From Amphiscolops sp. MND2022 (taxonomy: Eukaryota): DNA of 64,000 bases. The notes below the pieces were generated by a model that saw nothing but the letters and a program-made list of their open reading frames with translations, did not search any database and was not told where the DNA came from. The stretch is from positions 16,802,001 through 16,866,000 of the forward strand of contig OZ076416.1 of NCBI GenBank assembly GCA_964187785.1, given 5' to 3'. This document shows, in pieces, positions 24,141 to 36,689 of this stretch. Position 1 is the first letter of the stretch; every line of letters begins with the position of its first letter. The translations under genes and the position numbers were made by a program.

Positions 24141-25205
24141 TGTTACATGCATCCGCCAGTGATGGCAATTTCTAGGCAATCCCCCAGGGTGCAATAGTGA
24201 CAACCTCCAATCTGCCGCTTCTTTAAGTACACTGTGGATACCCTACAAACTGTGAAACTATTCTTTTTAACATAGTCATGTAACATTTTGTACTGCTATA
24301 CGCTTTTATTGTAAATCACATGCAACATTAATTGAATTAATCCGTGTGAAGTGTCAATTGGCGTGACCTTATGACACCGCAAGACATTCTCATCACGTTT
24401 ACCAGAGCGACACAGGTATTAATACACGTGAACATGAAGTTCGCCTAAAATGTCATGGTAATATTAGATCATCAATGGTGATGTTGTATAGTGACCTATT
24501 AGATAGGAAAGTCGATGCTCTTTATAGAAAGGAATTCAGCACAGTTTCTTTGATGGCGGCGTGACAATCTTCGGTCAGTCTAGACCGCCCTTTTGATGAT
24601 GCTGTAAATAGGAATGACTGCAGATGACGTTACAGATCTGTGCTATTTTTATACTGTGATATTCCTAAAATTAAAAGTCAACCATTTGGGAGTAAATATA
24701 GTATGAGACAAGTGAACAACAATTATTTGAATGAGAAACGAGCAAGACAATTACTGTTACAATACTCTGATGTTTGGAAACTATAGAAAATGTGATTCGG
24801 ATGACCAGTTATCGAACTTTCCCTGGCAATGCCCTCATTAAGGAGCAAGAAAGCAAAAGCTAGGAGATCGAGAGAAGCTGACATGATGTCAGACTTGGGA
24901 ACATTGGACGTCATGTTGGGTAATAGTTAGTACAACACAACTGAAAGAATTTTAGATCAAATTACAGGTTTTTCAAACATGCTTGATAGGGATGATAATG
25001 AAGATTTTGGATTGGTGAATTAGAGTTCTTCTGTAGAAAATGAGATAAGAAACATGCAAAGAAATATAGATATTGAAGAAAGACTTTTCAAGAATAATGG
25101 CAACTTTGAAAGGAAAAATGAACCTGAGGCTCTCACGAGAGATAAGTAGTTTGAGAAACGGGGTGAATTCACAGATTGAAAAAGCGATTAGCACTGCTAT
25201 AGCAC
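24141..25205 (+). repeat. 3' LTR of Gypsy element 2 family, truncated by a nested element
   Basis: Preceded by PPT-like GGGGAG, starts TGTTACA, colinear with 9748-10760. Homology stops near 25200. Confidence 0.8.
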
Positions 25206-25209
25206 CTGG

Positions 25210-26650
25210 TGATATAAGCGGGGTTATACTGTTGTTGTTCAATGATTAAAGGTCATCATGCAAAACCGAGTGGGGTAGATTCGTCAAACTACTGGTTTCC
25301 AAGGTTTTATCGTCTCCAAATAATTTGAAACTGAAATGTAATGCAGTTTAAAATTGTAGCTTTTAAATAGAACAACGACACTTCTTTCAGACCTTTTATA
25401 TCTTTTTGAAGCTATGATGAGTCTAACGCTGAATGACATGCCCAATGTTTTCAAAAATCAAAAGTGCACTAAAGAATGACACGAAAAAGTTAGTTACCTT
25501 TCGTTAAAGACAGTAGCTTCTGAAAAGCAACGCAAACACTGTAAAAGCAGTTTGTTGACAATCTTTTCCTCACTCATTTTGATTTCACAAGTTCTGTGAA
25601 TAAATATAATTTCTTTCTCTGCACTAAAAATCATTTTGTCTTGAGCAAAACGGGTAACAGAAGGAACCGGAGACCTTGAACGCTACAATCCGCATCTGCA
25701 GATGAGTGAGTTACAATTATGGGTGGTATAACCTAAACTAATGTTTATGCTGATGGACTAACAAAGAGAGACTTAAGGAACCCTGCTAAACCATTGTTCT
25801 GGATTGATCTACAATTAAACTGAACAGTATTTACAAATGAAGACTCTAAGGAAGAGGATTATCAAATGATGACAGGAGCAAACCGACAACTCCATAGACA
25901 AAGCTCACAAAATTCTCAATTCTTTAATGAAACAATGGAATCCCACGCAGACCACAATACGTCAACTTCGACAGGGCAACCCCATGACCTAGTTAAAAAC
26001 TGTAATTGCATTCCAAAACTAGCCAATGTAATCTCTTAACACTCATTTTTCCACCTGGGAGACACGCTCACAATCAATAGGAAAAAGGAGGAAAACAAAA
26101 GATGTATACTTTTCAGAATTACTTCAAACAACACTTCGAATGCAACTAAGCCTAACGGAAGCCAACCATTTCACCTACATCGCCCAGGTTTGGCGTTCAA
26201 ATGAATCAAAAACATACAATGAACTCCAGCTACAACTTTGAAAGACAGCCCAAAAGTCATTCGCAGAAAATTTGAAAAAGCGCAACCTAGTTTATCAGCA
26301 AATCATCGATTCAATTCCAACTGACTCTCATTTGAGCCTTTAGAACCAGAAACTTTTTCTTTAAAAACTCCTAGAACGTGCCAAGAAAGCATTTGGCAAA
26401 ATTGTAGACGAAAGAATACATAATTTACTCTAAGCTAAAATGCCTCCTCACTTCAAAAAATCCAAAAATCAAGCCTATTTCGAGAATGGCACATACGAAC
26501 AGATAATCAACAGAAAAAGAGATGAAACTCAACGGTTTAGAATCTGACGAACCTTGCTAAAAACCCAAATGACCGTTACGAAAAAACACAAAATATTGAA
26601 AAACACAACAAACAACAAGACGATAAAACTAAAACAAACTACATAATAAA
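25210..26650 (+). mobile_element. Nested Gypsy remnant: LTR (about 25210-25866), PBS-like TGATGACAGGAGC (25867), decayed gag
   Basis: LTR end GATTATCAAA; (M)GNRRNRR start near 25649; KMPPHFKKS...AYFENGTYEQI capsid near 26440-26500. Confidence 0.75.
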
Positions 26651-26819
26651 AGCTTGAAAAAAGTATCAATGCTGTTATTGCAAAGATGCGATGCAAGTCG
26701 CACCATGGCCGACTGCACCAAACTTAGTAAACGTGGTAAACTCGAAGAAGATCTAAACACATCAAAGTGTCCGAATTATATCAAGCGTCAGCATTGTGTC
26801 CTGCATTGCCTTTCACCAC

Positions 26820-27818
26820 CCCCAAGTCCAGTAACGGCATCAGTCGTGTTGAGGTGAACATATCTCCATCTCAGGTCTTTTCGTATATGAGCTTCAGTTT
26901 GATAGTGTCCGAATATTCTGTTCGCCGTTTTCGAGTAAATGGACACAATTGTTTTACAAAAATGACAGTAAAACTTTTACTTGTTGTGTATGGATCGATG
27001 GGCCATGTCAAAAAGGTGCTAGTCTATTTTGTGCCTTTAAAATACTCTTTTTTCATTACCTTTCTTGGCCTACATAGTATCTTTTGTAGTTTCCTGGAAG
27101 TTCTGGGAATCGTGACTTCGTGGCTGGTTTTCTTCAAGAGAGAGGGGAGGGTCTGTCGATCGGTTTTGATGTATTCGCTTTTAGAACTCATGTAAGTTTC
27201 GCCCTTTGGGAGACGAGAAGATGGATCAATCCCCCTACTGGTTGCTTTTAAGCACAATGGCCAACTGTTGTCATCACGGCAATGAAGGAGACAAGACTCC
27301 CAGGATCTTTGTCGGAGTTGATTGCCCCACTCGTGTATCCATCTGTCGATTGTCCGTCCACTGTGTTCTCGGGATCGGAAGAGTCCCTATCGGCCGAAAC
27401 GCCGGTTTTTCGTGATGGGGCTTGAGAGTAAGACTTGAGGTGAAGACCATCTGACATGTACAAGAAGAGATTCAACCATACGATAAGCCGAGGTGACGCT
27501 CTCTTCTGCAATCGTCCTCAAGACATGACGTATTCGATTTCCACTAAAGGTTATCGTTAACTACTTTTCCTATCGTTGGATGGGAAATGGGAACTTTCCC
27601 ACTAAAGTGTTTGCTGATGACGGATTGTCTAGTCTGTAGAGTCTCTGCCAGCTGACTTCTTTATTGATGTTGTTTTTCGGCGTTGTGTCCGGATTCTGAA
27701 TGAAAATCCCCACTGAAATTGGGTAATGATACTCGGATCGTGCGTCTCTGTCACGACCCGCTCCCGGTCGTGGTTGCGACTGGTGCTTTGCAATGGGGAG
27801 AGGAAGAAGCCGTGGATA
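26820..27818 (-). pseudogene. Antisense accessory zinc-finger gene remnant of the nested Gypsy
   Basis: TFLTWPIDP...KFYCHFCKTIVSIYSKTANRIFGHYQTEAHIRKDLRWRY (finger 26887-26967). Candidate GTAAGT...TTGCAG intron at 27819-27863. Confidence 0.7.
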
Positions 27819-28452
27819 CTGCAAGTATCATGAAACTTAAACTATTAACTTAATTCTACTTACAGTACAGCTAAATTAATTGTAAATAATTTTCCAGTCA
27901 CAAAATCCGACGTAAGCGTTACGGAATATTTTCAGAAATGATTTTAGACTAACTAAAACTTCCGATCTAACGTTTTCACCGCAACGCTATTTCCTATTTC
28001 CGGTTTCATCTTCTGGATTTTCCATACTAATCTAAATACTTAAACAGAAACATTTTCTAAAACGGGACCATTTTCTTTTCCGCTCCACACTAAAGTGAAA
28101 ACATTAACGATAATATTTAACTCCGAGATCCCAACGGAGTTCATACAACCTAAAATGAAAACAACATAAAAAAATACAGTGGAATTGTTTTTCCAGTATT
28201 GAAGTAGTTGTCAATATCCACTTGAAACCTCAGTCAGGTGATTTTAAGCAAATGTTTACAACACTATGACAGCGTCACTCAACTAAGCTAGTAATGGGTG
28301 TTACTATTTTTACGGACCAATAGCGTTGCTCCTCAACTGGACTATTTGAGCTCAAGCTGATAGAATTATGCTCGGTTGCCCCTAGCAACGCCAATTAGCT
28401 AAGAGAAAGATAATGAAATCGCATCCGCTCTCCGCTTTCTCTCCGCCTGCCA

Positions 28453-28568
28453 CCGCTGCTCAGATTTAACCAATCTTAATACGTACGGAGCAACTACGGA
28501 GAGAATTGTAAAATTTTATTCCGCCGCTCAGCTATAACCAATCTTAATACGTACGGAGCACTTACGGA
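28453..28568. repeat. Two near-identical 48-bp direct repeats
   Basis: CCGC-GCTCAG-T-TAACCAATCTTAATACGTACGGAGCA--TACGGA at 28453 and 28521. Confidence 0.9.
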
Positions 28569-29699
28569 ACTAATTGAAAAATCGTAGTTATGAAGTATTG
28601 GTGTAAGCGAAAGCTAAACGAAGCTTCGTGAATCGACGCATTTAAGATATGTTTGAAACAGAATTTCATATAGGATGAGTTGTACTGTAAGGAAAATTGA
28701 AGTGCCAAACTGGTAACAAGTTAATGGTGAATTGGACAAAATGTGTTCTCAACCTTACGTTTGTATCGCATTAACTCGATGCTATATCTCAATTTCCTAT
28801 CTTCAAACTCCATAACGATTTCAATAAAAATCACGTTTGACTTACGTTGCAACTGATTTGTTCAACGAAATATTGTAGTTGAGCATTTCTACTTTATACG
28901 TTATATGCCACTTAGTAATCAGACCGGAAATGCAACGTAAGGTCAAAACAACTCAAATGTCCTATTGATCAAATGAAAAAACCCTGAGACTTGCTATCAC
29001 CATACAGTGTCACTGTAATCATGTATTGTCTTTGTTTCGATGCTAATTTATACTATGAAAGATTTTGTACTATTTCGACGGATAGTTTTCGTCGTCAATT
29101 GTCAATGTTCATGTTAAACTTATTCTCTACTATTGTTGAATGTAACACAATATTGGTTCCGTTTGTGTTGATAATCGGAATACGTTACTTCAGCATCATT
29201 TGTTTCTTTCCCAGTATCGAAATATTCATAATCCCAAAGCATTTTGCTCCATTTTAGTACCGTAACCATTTTTGCGAGTAACCATACTTTTACTTCGAAT
29301 CTCAGCTTTCACAAAATGGAAGTTGACTGATTGATCACGCCGGCGTGCCTACGCTGATGAAAATGCCAACTAGACTTTTATTTTGCCGCAATTTTGAAGG
29401 GTAAACAGGAAATGGAATTGCTTGAACAAAATTGATTTCAACAAAGTTTACGGAATAGCGACGCAACTAGGAATTTCTATACCTTTTTTTATGACGCGGG
29501 AGTGAAATAATTTGAATCATAAGCGCTTTTTGATGAACAAACCCGATTTCTATGATACCTAGGAATTTTTAGGTGAGGACCAAATGATGCTGGAAAAGTA
29601 TATATAGGTAGATAAAACATGTAAAATTTAAACAGTTTTGTAATCAACCTGTTATCAATTGTTTCGTTGAAAAAACGAAATTTTCTTTGAAGAATTCAC

Positions 29700-30113
29700 C
29701 AATTTCCAAATATCTTCCTTTCTTTGCTATCTTGAGATGACAACTAGAAGTCAAAAGAGTAAAGCTGTAGCAGAACTAGTTTCGGGGGATTTTGAAACTT
29801 CTATAGCCGAAAACAACTCGTCTGAGAACCTAATAGCTGGGCCTAGTAAGGTTCCTAGAGTAGAACCTGAGGATCTCGAGGAAATAAAAACATCTTTGAG
29901 GAAAGAGATTATGTCAGACTTGACTAAAATACTTGCTGAAAATCAAAAGGAAATGCTTAAATTAATAGCACCTTTGAGTAAAAAACAGCCTGTTCGTTCG
30001 AATTTCCACGATTCTGACTCTGAACCAGAAAACATCTCCGTAGCGAGAACGTCTACCCGTGAAAGCATACACTGCGACTAGTTCTAAAACAACACCGAGC
30101 AATAGTCGTAACA
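29700..30113 (+). repeat. Solo or 3' LTR (3' part) carrying the Gag N-terminal ORF MTTRSQ
   Basis: ORF 29737-30081 begins like the element 1 ORF at 599. Ends AATAGTCGTAACA followed by unrelated DNA, no PBS. Confidence 0.7.
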
Positions 30114-33100
30114 GTCTCAATGCCTGGCTGACCAGAATCGACCAATACACCGGAACTGTCAAAACGTTCATCTGCGTTACTGACGTTAGTCAGACGAGGG
30201 TTCTTGGGGGGATCAGCGATGTCCTCGGGTTCATATGGACATGTTGTGTCAGGCTCAGTCTGACCCGGTGGCGTAGAAACAAAGTCTTCCCTAGTAGCGC
30301 GATGGCAGCTGACTCAGAAACCTTGGTATCCTGAACACCGATATTAGAAGGTGTCTCGACAAGGGATAAAAGAGACCTCGAGCCTTGCTAATAGACATTT
30401 GGACTATAGACTGATTAGCGAATGCAGAAAACAGCTTAGGGAGTCCCACTAAGAATTCGAGAAATTAGAGCAGCGTTTGAATTCAGAGATGGAAGAAACA
30501 GGTTGAGCCTGGGCTGCATCGGTTGTCAATTCGCCGGTATTCGTGGTTTCTGGCATTTCCTCGTTCTCTGATGACATACCTAAATAGAAAGAAGTAATTT
30601 TACTTACTCCTGTATATGAACCTTAAATGTCGACAATTAAAATCTTACGGAAGTAAAATGAATAGACCCTCGCAATATGTGAAAACATGTTGAACACAAA
30701 ATATGTCAGGAAGTGACTGAACGAGATGGAAGAGCCTATTTCCGTTCGAAAAAAAACAAATAAACAGCCAAAAATCTAACCTGCGAAATTTGAGAAACAG
30801 TCAGAAGATTCACAACTGAAGGGTAGAAAGCTGAAAATCCCTTCAAGACAAGTGTTCTGGTCGACTGGCTAGAATAAGGATCGGGCTGGCAGTTGTCCGT
30901 AGTGTCCATAAGGACTCGGCTGAATGTGACGGAGCGATGTGATGTTGGTGAAATAAATGCATCAGTAAATGAATAAGTAAGTGAAGAATGGATGATACAA
31001 AACCTATAATGTAACATAGAATAAATGATGATAAAATGATGGAGAAATTGCAAAGTAGAGAGTTGGAATATCTGGATTTGATGTCAAATATTTACACAAT
31101 TACGGAAGCCAACATGTGAATGGAAACTGCCGAAAAATTCAAAATTAAAATTTTTTCGGAATATTTAATAGTCCATTATTGTATCGTTCTTACAATTATT
31201 TTATTTATCTTTTATTTGGACTATCATTTCACTTACTCCTCCTTTTTGGATATTGAAAACAAGGCTGAATAGGTATTGGCTGTTAGACGCGGAGACACAT
31301 GGGGTCATCAGCCGTATCTCCGCCCAGTGGATACCTCCAAGTTGCAATTGAAAGTGGCAACTAAGCACTGGGTAGAGCCCTTGAAGTCTTTCGCCGTGTT
31401 GGACAAGTGAATGAAGGTCAACAGAGCGGGCGGCACCCACTATCAAAGGATGTTAAGGAGATTTTCACGGATGAGATGCTAACTGAAAAGGGTGAAAACC
31501 CGGAACGAAACAGGGTTAGAGGAATCCCTCTCAAACCTGAGCGAGGAAATTTCATCAGTCTTCCATCTTATCTTTGAGCGAAACAATTGCCTTTTACAAC
31601 TGCAAAATCTTTAACAATTTCGAAAAAAAAAATGTTGAATCCCGTAAAATATGAGAAAAAGATCATGATAGAAACGTTCATGGCTGAACTCTTTCCAATA
31701 GTTTTTCAAGGAACCTGGTCACCCTGCGAGAGTGTCTTCTATACATATCGTGACGAAGGGGAAAACTGCAACATCTTAGCCTTACATCAGTGGTCTGATT
31801 GATGTCATTGACAATTTTACTCGGACGTAGAGGGAAAAGACGACGGGATTGCCATGGCAGAGTGTGTGCAGGTGCAAGTTTCGACTCCAATTCCCATGAC
31901 TGCTCCTTCAAATACAACGAGGCCCAACAGCGAGACCATTTCTTCCAATCCAATGAGAAGCAGGACACCTATTCCTCCTTTTGTCCCAGGACCGATGGTG
32001 GAACCATCTTATGTCGCTCGCTTTAGGCAGAGGAAATGGACCAATCCGTCGAGACGACAGACTGAGGGACAACCGCCCAATAACAATATGTAGAAACTCA
32101 GTGTCAATGGTAGTTACACCATTGTCTCTTCCACTCGAAGTCAGAAGGCCAACCTATGATCAATAAGTCTCAGATGCCGCATCCGTCAGTAGAGACAGTA
32201 ACGAATCACTTCTAGGAAACACGAATAGACGAAGACAAGTATTTGGCCTGTTGCTCAATCTGCAAAGTCTGTGATAAATCAGTTGAACAAATACAGGACG
32301 AAGCTGTCATCGAACATATGCTGGAGACAGCCTATCCCCAGAGAGTTAGCTCAACAATTTTGTAGGTGCTGCCAAGGGAAGTGTCATAGGCTGCCGCTTG
32401 AGATGGCAACGTCCATACAATTGGCCAAAAAAGAGCAACTGCCCTACAAGGAACCTTTTCCCTACTATAAACTTTTATAATTTTTGAATATGTAATTGGT
32501 TTGTATGATTGTGGTAGTTGTGATCTGACAGAAAAGGAAACGTGTTCTAATGCCTGCATGCTTAGTATAGATAGCCTAGTCAGCAACCAGTTAGAACTAT
32601 ATATTTGCGGGATATAGTTCGCGGGATGGTCAAGTAAGTACGAAGATACATATACATCATATCATACATATGTATACAGAGAGAGTGTGAGATTACCGGG
32701 ATGGCCGAGTAAGGTTATTTGGCCTAGCCTGTTGTCCTTTGTGTCCAATTACATGTACTTGATGCAGTTTTCTTAGCATACTAGATTCTCCGGTGAAAGC
32801 AACTGTAAATACGCTCACGCGTTGAAATCTAGAGCCCAGTAAAATATAGGGCGCACGAATAATAGGCAGATTGTGCTTTAACTTGTCTCACCATTGCCCA
32901 ACAATTCTCCTGTGTTCTTTCACGAACAGGCATAGCCGAGCTCTTGGAGGGGGCAGGTCAATTCAAAACAGCGCATGTAAATCCGTGTAAGTATTACAAA
33001 TGACAATTGCACGTAGTTGATATCATTTTAGACGAATTATTCTACACGTCACGCCCCTTTGCTGCTAACGACTTTCATCTCACCGCTTACATTAAACAAA

Positions 33101-33512
33101 ATAACGCAGTGTTCTATTTTCTGAAATGAAGTTACTATATTTGGCCTCGAGCTATTTTTGGTGTGATGATCACTCCTCGCTTGGCGTCATATCAGAAATG
33201 GATATCCTATCCGATTATGGTAATGGGAACATAATGTTAGGGGGAAGAACTTGTAACTCTATTGAGAGAGAACTAGGCATAAAACGGATCAGAAATACAT
33301 ACACCTACCAGAAAAGCATCAGGACTCAGAGTCTTTACCTAACAGGGAGAATTAATTTCAAGAAATTTATAATAGAAACAGTGATTACAGAAACGGCCCA
33401 GTTAGGCATGACAGACTGGCAGAGTCTATTGAAAAACTTTCCTAACACAAATTATGCAAAGAAGGACTCAGGAACTTTCGACCATAGCGAAGATGGGACA
33501 TTACCCTTTACA
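30114..33512 (+). mobile_element. 3' part of another Gypsy element: antisense ORF start (ATG 30577, minus), sense ORF-X remnant (about 31854-32420), PPT, putative 3' LTR 32686-33512
   Basis: CKVCDKSVEQIQDEAVIEHMLETAYP at 32261; AGAGAGAG (32678-32685) before TGTGAG; MDILSDYGNGNIMLGG...SIERE resembles the LTR-borne Gag start of element 2; ends CCCTTTACA at 33512. Confidence 0.6.
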
Positions 33513-33830
33513 ATGTTTCCCTTTACAGGATTTGAAAGGCTTTTTCGATGGAGATATTTATCTTTTTTGTCGGAATCCAACTTTTACTAGCAAGGGTTAT
33601 ACTTGTTGTATTCTGACTCTATAGGATTAAAACAGATGTACAAAACGATTTCTTGTCTTCGTATGTCTAAAAACTAAGTTTGTAGAAAACCTAATTATAC
33701 AGAGCTCAGGTTGTAAACTGCAGTTGTTTGTTTAGCAGGTACTGTCTGCAACAGAAACTCAGTAGAGGTCTTGACGATTGAACCGTATGAAATTATTTTG
33801 CAGTAAGTTTCAAATAACAGTTTGTTTCAG

Positions 33831-34215
33831 CAGCCTACACATTGGTATGTCTGAGCGCAGATCGCGTTATCGCCTTGTGCTTTCCCGTTGCATATGCTAG
33901 AGAAGCGAAACCCTTGAATGCCAAACGAATCTTGATCGTAGTTTTTCTCCTAATGAATGCGCCGATTTCTCCATTCCTTTTCTCGGGTACAATGAGGTAC
34001 TCGCAATGTTCATTCACAAATGAAGAACTAGCTCTCATTCCTCATGACGTCATTCAATCATACCTGAAGGTTTTTGCTGGTCTGATTATGGTAGGAGTGC
34101 CTGCAACTTCCATAGCGTCCATGAACATCTTGGTTCTATACAAAATCAAATCCACTGCAGGAAAAATTAAGAAACAAGAGACGGAAATTTCAGTATCACT
34201 ACTGCTTGTTACCGC
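33831..34215 (+). CDS. Class A GPCR exon 2 (TM3 DR motif to TM6)
   Basis: Acceptor TTTCAG| at 33830, phase 1, joins exon 1 to give SGISAAYTLVCLSADRVIAL. TM4 and TM5 follow, then TM6 ISVSLLLVTA is cut by a MITE. Confidence 0.85.
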
Positions 34216-34514
34216 CAGGGATTAGCAAAATAATTTTAGTGTTTCTAAGGAATTCCATTCATACATATGCAGATTTGCGACTTGTCAAAAACTGAAATCC
34301 TCATACTTTAGGTTCCTCGGACCTGAGAAAAGTTTTACACTATCCCATGTGAAGGACCTGCGAAGAATGGAACGTAGTTACCCCTATTAGATTTCGTCGT
34401 TCTTAGGTTAATCATTTCTAGTCCGACTCCATTCAATTGGAGATATCTCAATTTAAAATTAAAAACAGTTTGAGTTTTTGGTCTGAAATTTTATTTCCTT
34501 TTTGCTAATCCCTC
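34216..34514. mobile_element. About 300-bp MITE (hAT-like) inserted in GPCR TM6
   Basis: Perfect 14-bp TIR AGGGATTAGCAAAA (34217-34230) / TTTTGCTAATCCCT (34500-34513). Degenerate 8-bp flanks GTTACCGC / ACTACCGG. Confidence 0.8.
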
Positions 34515-35435
34515 ACTACCGGTAGCTACTTGATTTGTAAAATGGTATATATGGGCTTGGTCTTCATACAATCTAAATCTGGGACAATCAATGGAACCGA
34601 CTTATTTCTGGCTCTGAAAGTTGGTACCTAATTTTTCAACTACTCGATTCTTCAAAAATAGTTACATTTGTCTCATAAAATGGCAACAATATGAACGTTT
34701 TTTTGCATTCAATAAGAAGGATTCGAAAAACTTTTCGATTGTTTGTCATGTTTTCAATCATTTTTTCGGTCCGAATAAGTTTGGAAATATCAACGAACTG
34801 AATATTTCACAAAAAAGGGACTCAAATCAGAAACTTTGTGAGTTGGAGATTTTTTTAACTTGTTTTCAACAAAAAAATTGTTCAAACTTGATTTGAAATT
34901 TTTGAGCCTAGGTTGGATTCAAACTGCTAAATACTTCTTTGGATTTTTCTGTTGATAAATTCTAGAATTAGCATAATTCATCAACTTATTTATTGCCAAT
35001 TGAAGTTCGGTGTCTCACCAGAAAAACTATATGTTTAGGTTACAGAATAATCAAGAAGAAAAAATCATCTTCCGTGACTATAAACTCAGGAGAATTCAAA
35101 GATTTCCATTTTTTGACAAATTTCCAAACTGGGAAAAATTACCTCTGTCTCTTACGAAGCTTGCCATGCATCCAATTTCCTACCCATAAGATCGCTATTC
35201 CACACAACTGAACTACGAAAAGTTTAGATTCGTAGCATATGTTTTCGTGCAGATGATCAAGTTTTCAGGTGAAAGTGTCCACTAAAAATTGAAATATTTA
35301 TGCACATTCTGTGCGGACTTTGAATGTTTTCGTGAGTTTAAACATCAATTGTTTCAACAACCCAAGGATAAAACTCTCAAATCTTCACAACGCCTCAGTG
35401 GTTTCGTAGATTCAACTTCCAGAGCGCCGACGTGA
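34515..35435 (+). pseudogene. Rest of the GPCR: TM6-ECL3 (34515-34623) and decayed TM7/helix-8 exon (35253-35435)
   Basis: SYLICKMVYMGLVFIQ...LALKV G|GTACC; acceptor GTGCAG| at 35252; IFMHILCG then, after a frameshift, FREFKHQLF. One in-frame TGA. Confidence 0.55.
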
Positions 35436-36689
35436 TCACTCCGAGAAACGTCTTTGGAACCACAAAAAAAAACGAAAATTGTATTTCCTAATAGCAGCCT
35501 TTGGGCAATAATTACTCTGAACAAGCAAAAACATTTGCTTTCGACTCTTTCAAGAAACAATGTTCATTATGTTGTAGGATGCAGTGATATGTGTGGACCA
35601 TTCACTGAATTTTGTGTTTCACGTGATTGGAAGCGCAACATTCCGCAAAACATTCAAAACAATGCTTTGAAGAGAAAGCACCTGTAATGAAAACAACAAC
35701 TGATGCTTCAACAGGATAAAAGTAGGAATCTATTCAAATAGAAACTTTCGATCTCTCCCCTGTATTTCTCTGTCTCTATCTCTCAGCAGAAGCTTAACCC
35801 CAAAATCTGTGTCAGATCAGTAAAAGTAAACTAACTTCACCTCATTGATGTTCTCCATTAAACATTTGTTCCCATTCCATCACAACAAATAGATGCACCT
35901 TAAGCAGTTAATTCTTGAAACCAGAGTTGTTAATCTTGAAAATGTTGTACTCTCAAAAAACAGTATTTATTCTAGGATTTGTACTGTACCTTGGTATCTA
36001 AAATCTAAACACAACGAACATAAAATGATATAACAGTCTTCAGTCTCCTTTTGTATACAAACAAGTGGCAGGTGTTGTGTGTGACTGAAACGCGGTAGAG
36101 TGCATATTAATTGGATGAACCGTATGACCGAACACAACCTTCAATTTCAAATGAAATGCAATGGTTTGAAAGACATTCGAAAGGACTTACATCCCAAAAA
36201 CAAGGAAATAACCAAAAGCCACAAAATAGGATCTGATTTTAGGAACCTAATTTGTACTGGGAGAACAAGTAGAGTATGAAAATTTAATCAGTGGCAACCG
36301 TTAATTGACGGACGAATGTTGAGGAAAAGTTTATATTCACTGATACTTCAAAATTACCTCAGTTTTGATCATAGTGAAACAATTCGTTTCTGGAAATTTT
36401 TGTAGATTTTCGGAAGAGTGCTACCTACGTTTTACCCTACCTCATCAGTTTGAAAAACGATAAAAGTGGTAAGCGTGAAAATTGGAGTTCTCGAAGTGAA
36501 TATTTTCAAAAATTTCTAATCTGACAACAGTTGAACATTTCAATAATTGAACACTGATAACATACGTCTCTTTGTCAAGTTGGAGTAAATCAGGCGAGGT
36601 TCAGTAATTCTTCAGTTTTCACAGTACTCGATATAAATCATGAAACAATGTTTGGTCAGAAAATTAAGCCAATTTCTGGACATCTGCGC

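Noticed and set aside
32695-32725. tRNA-like GGGATGGCCGAGT A-box
   Set aside because: No B-box or 3' half follows; it lies at the start of a putative LTR.
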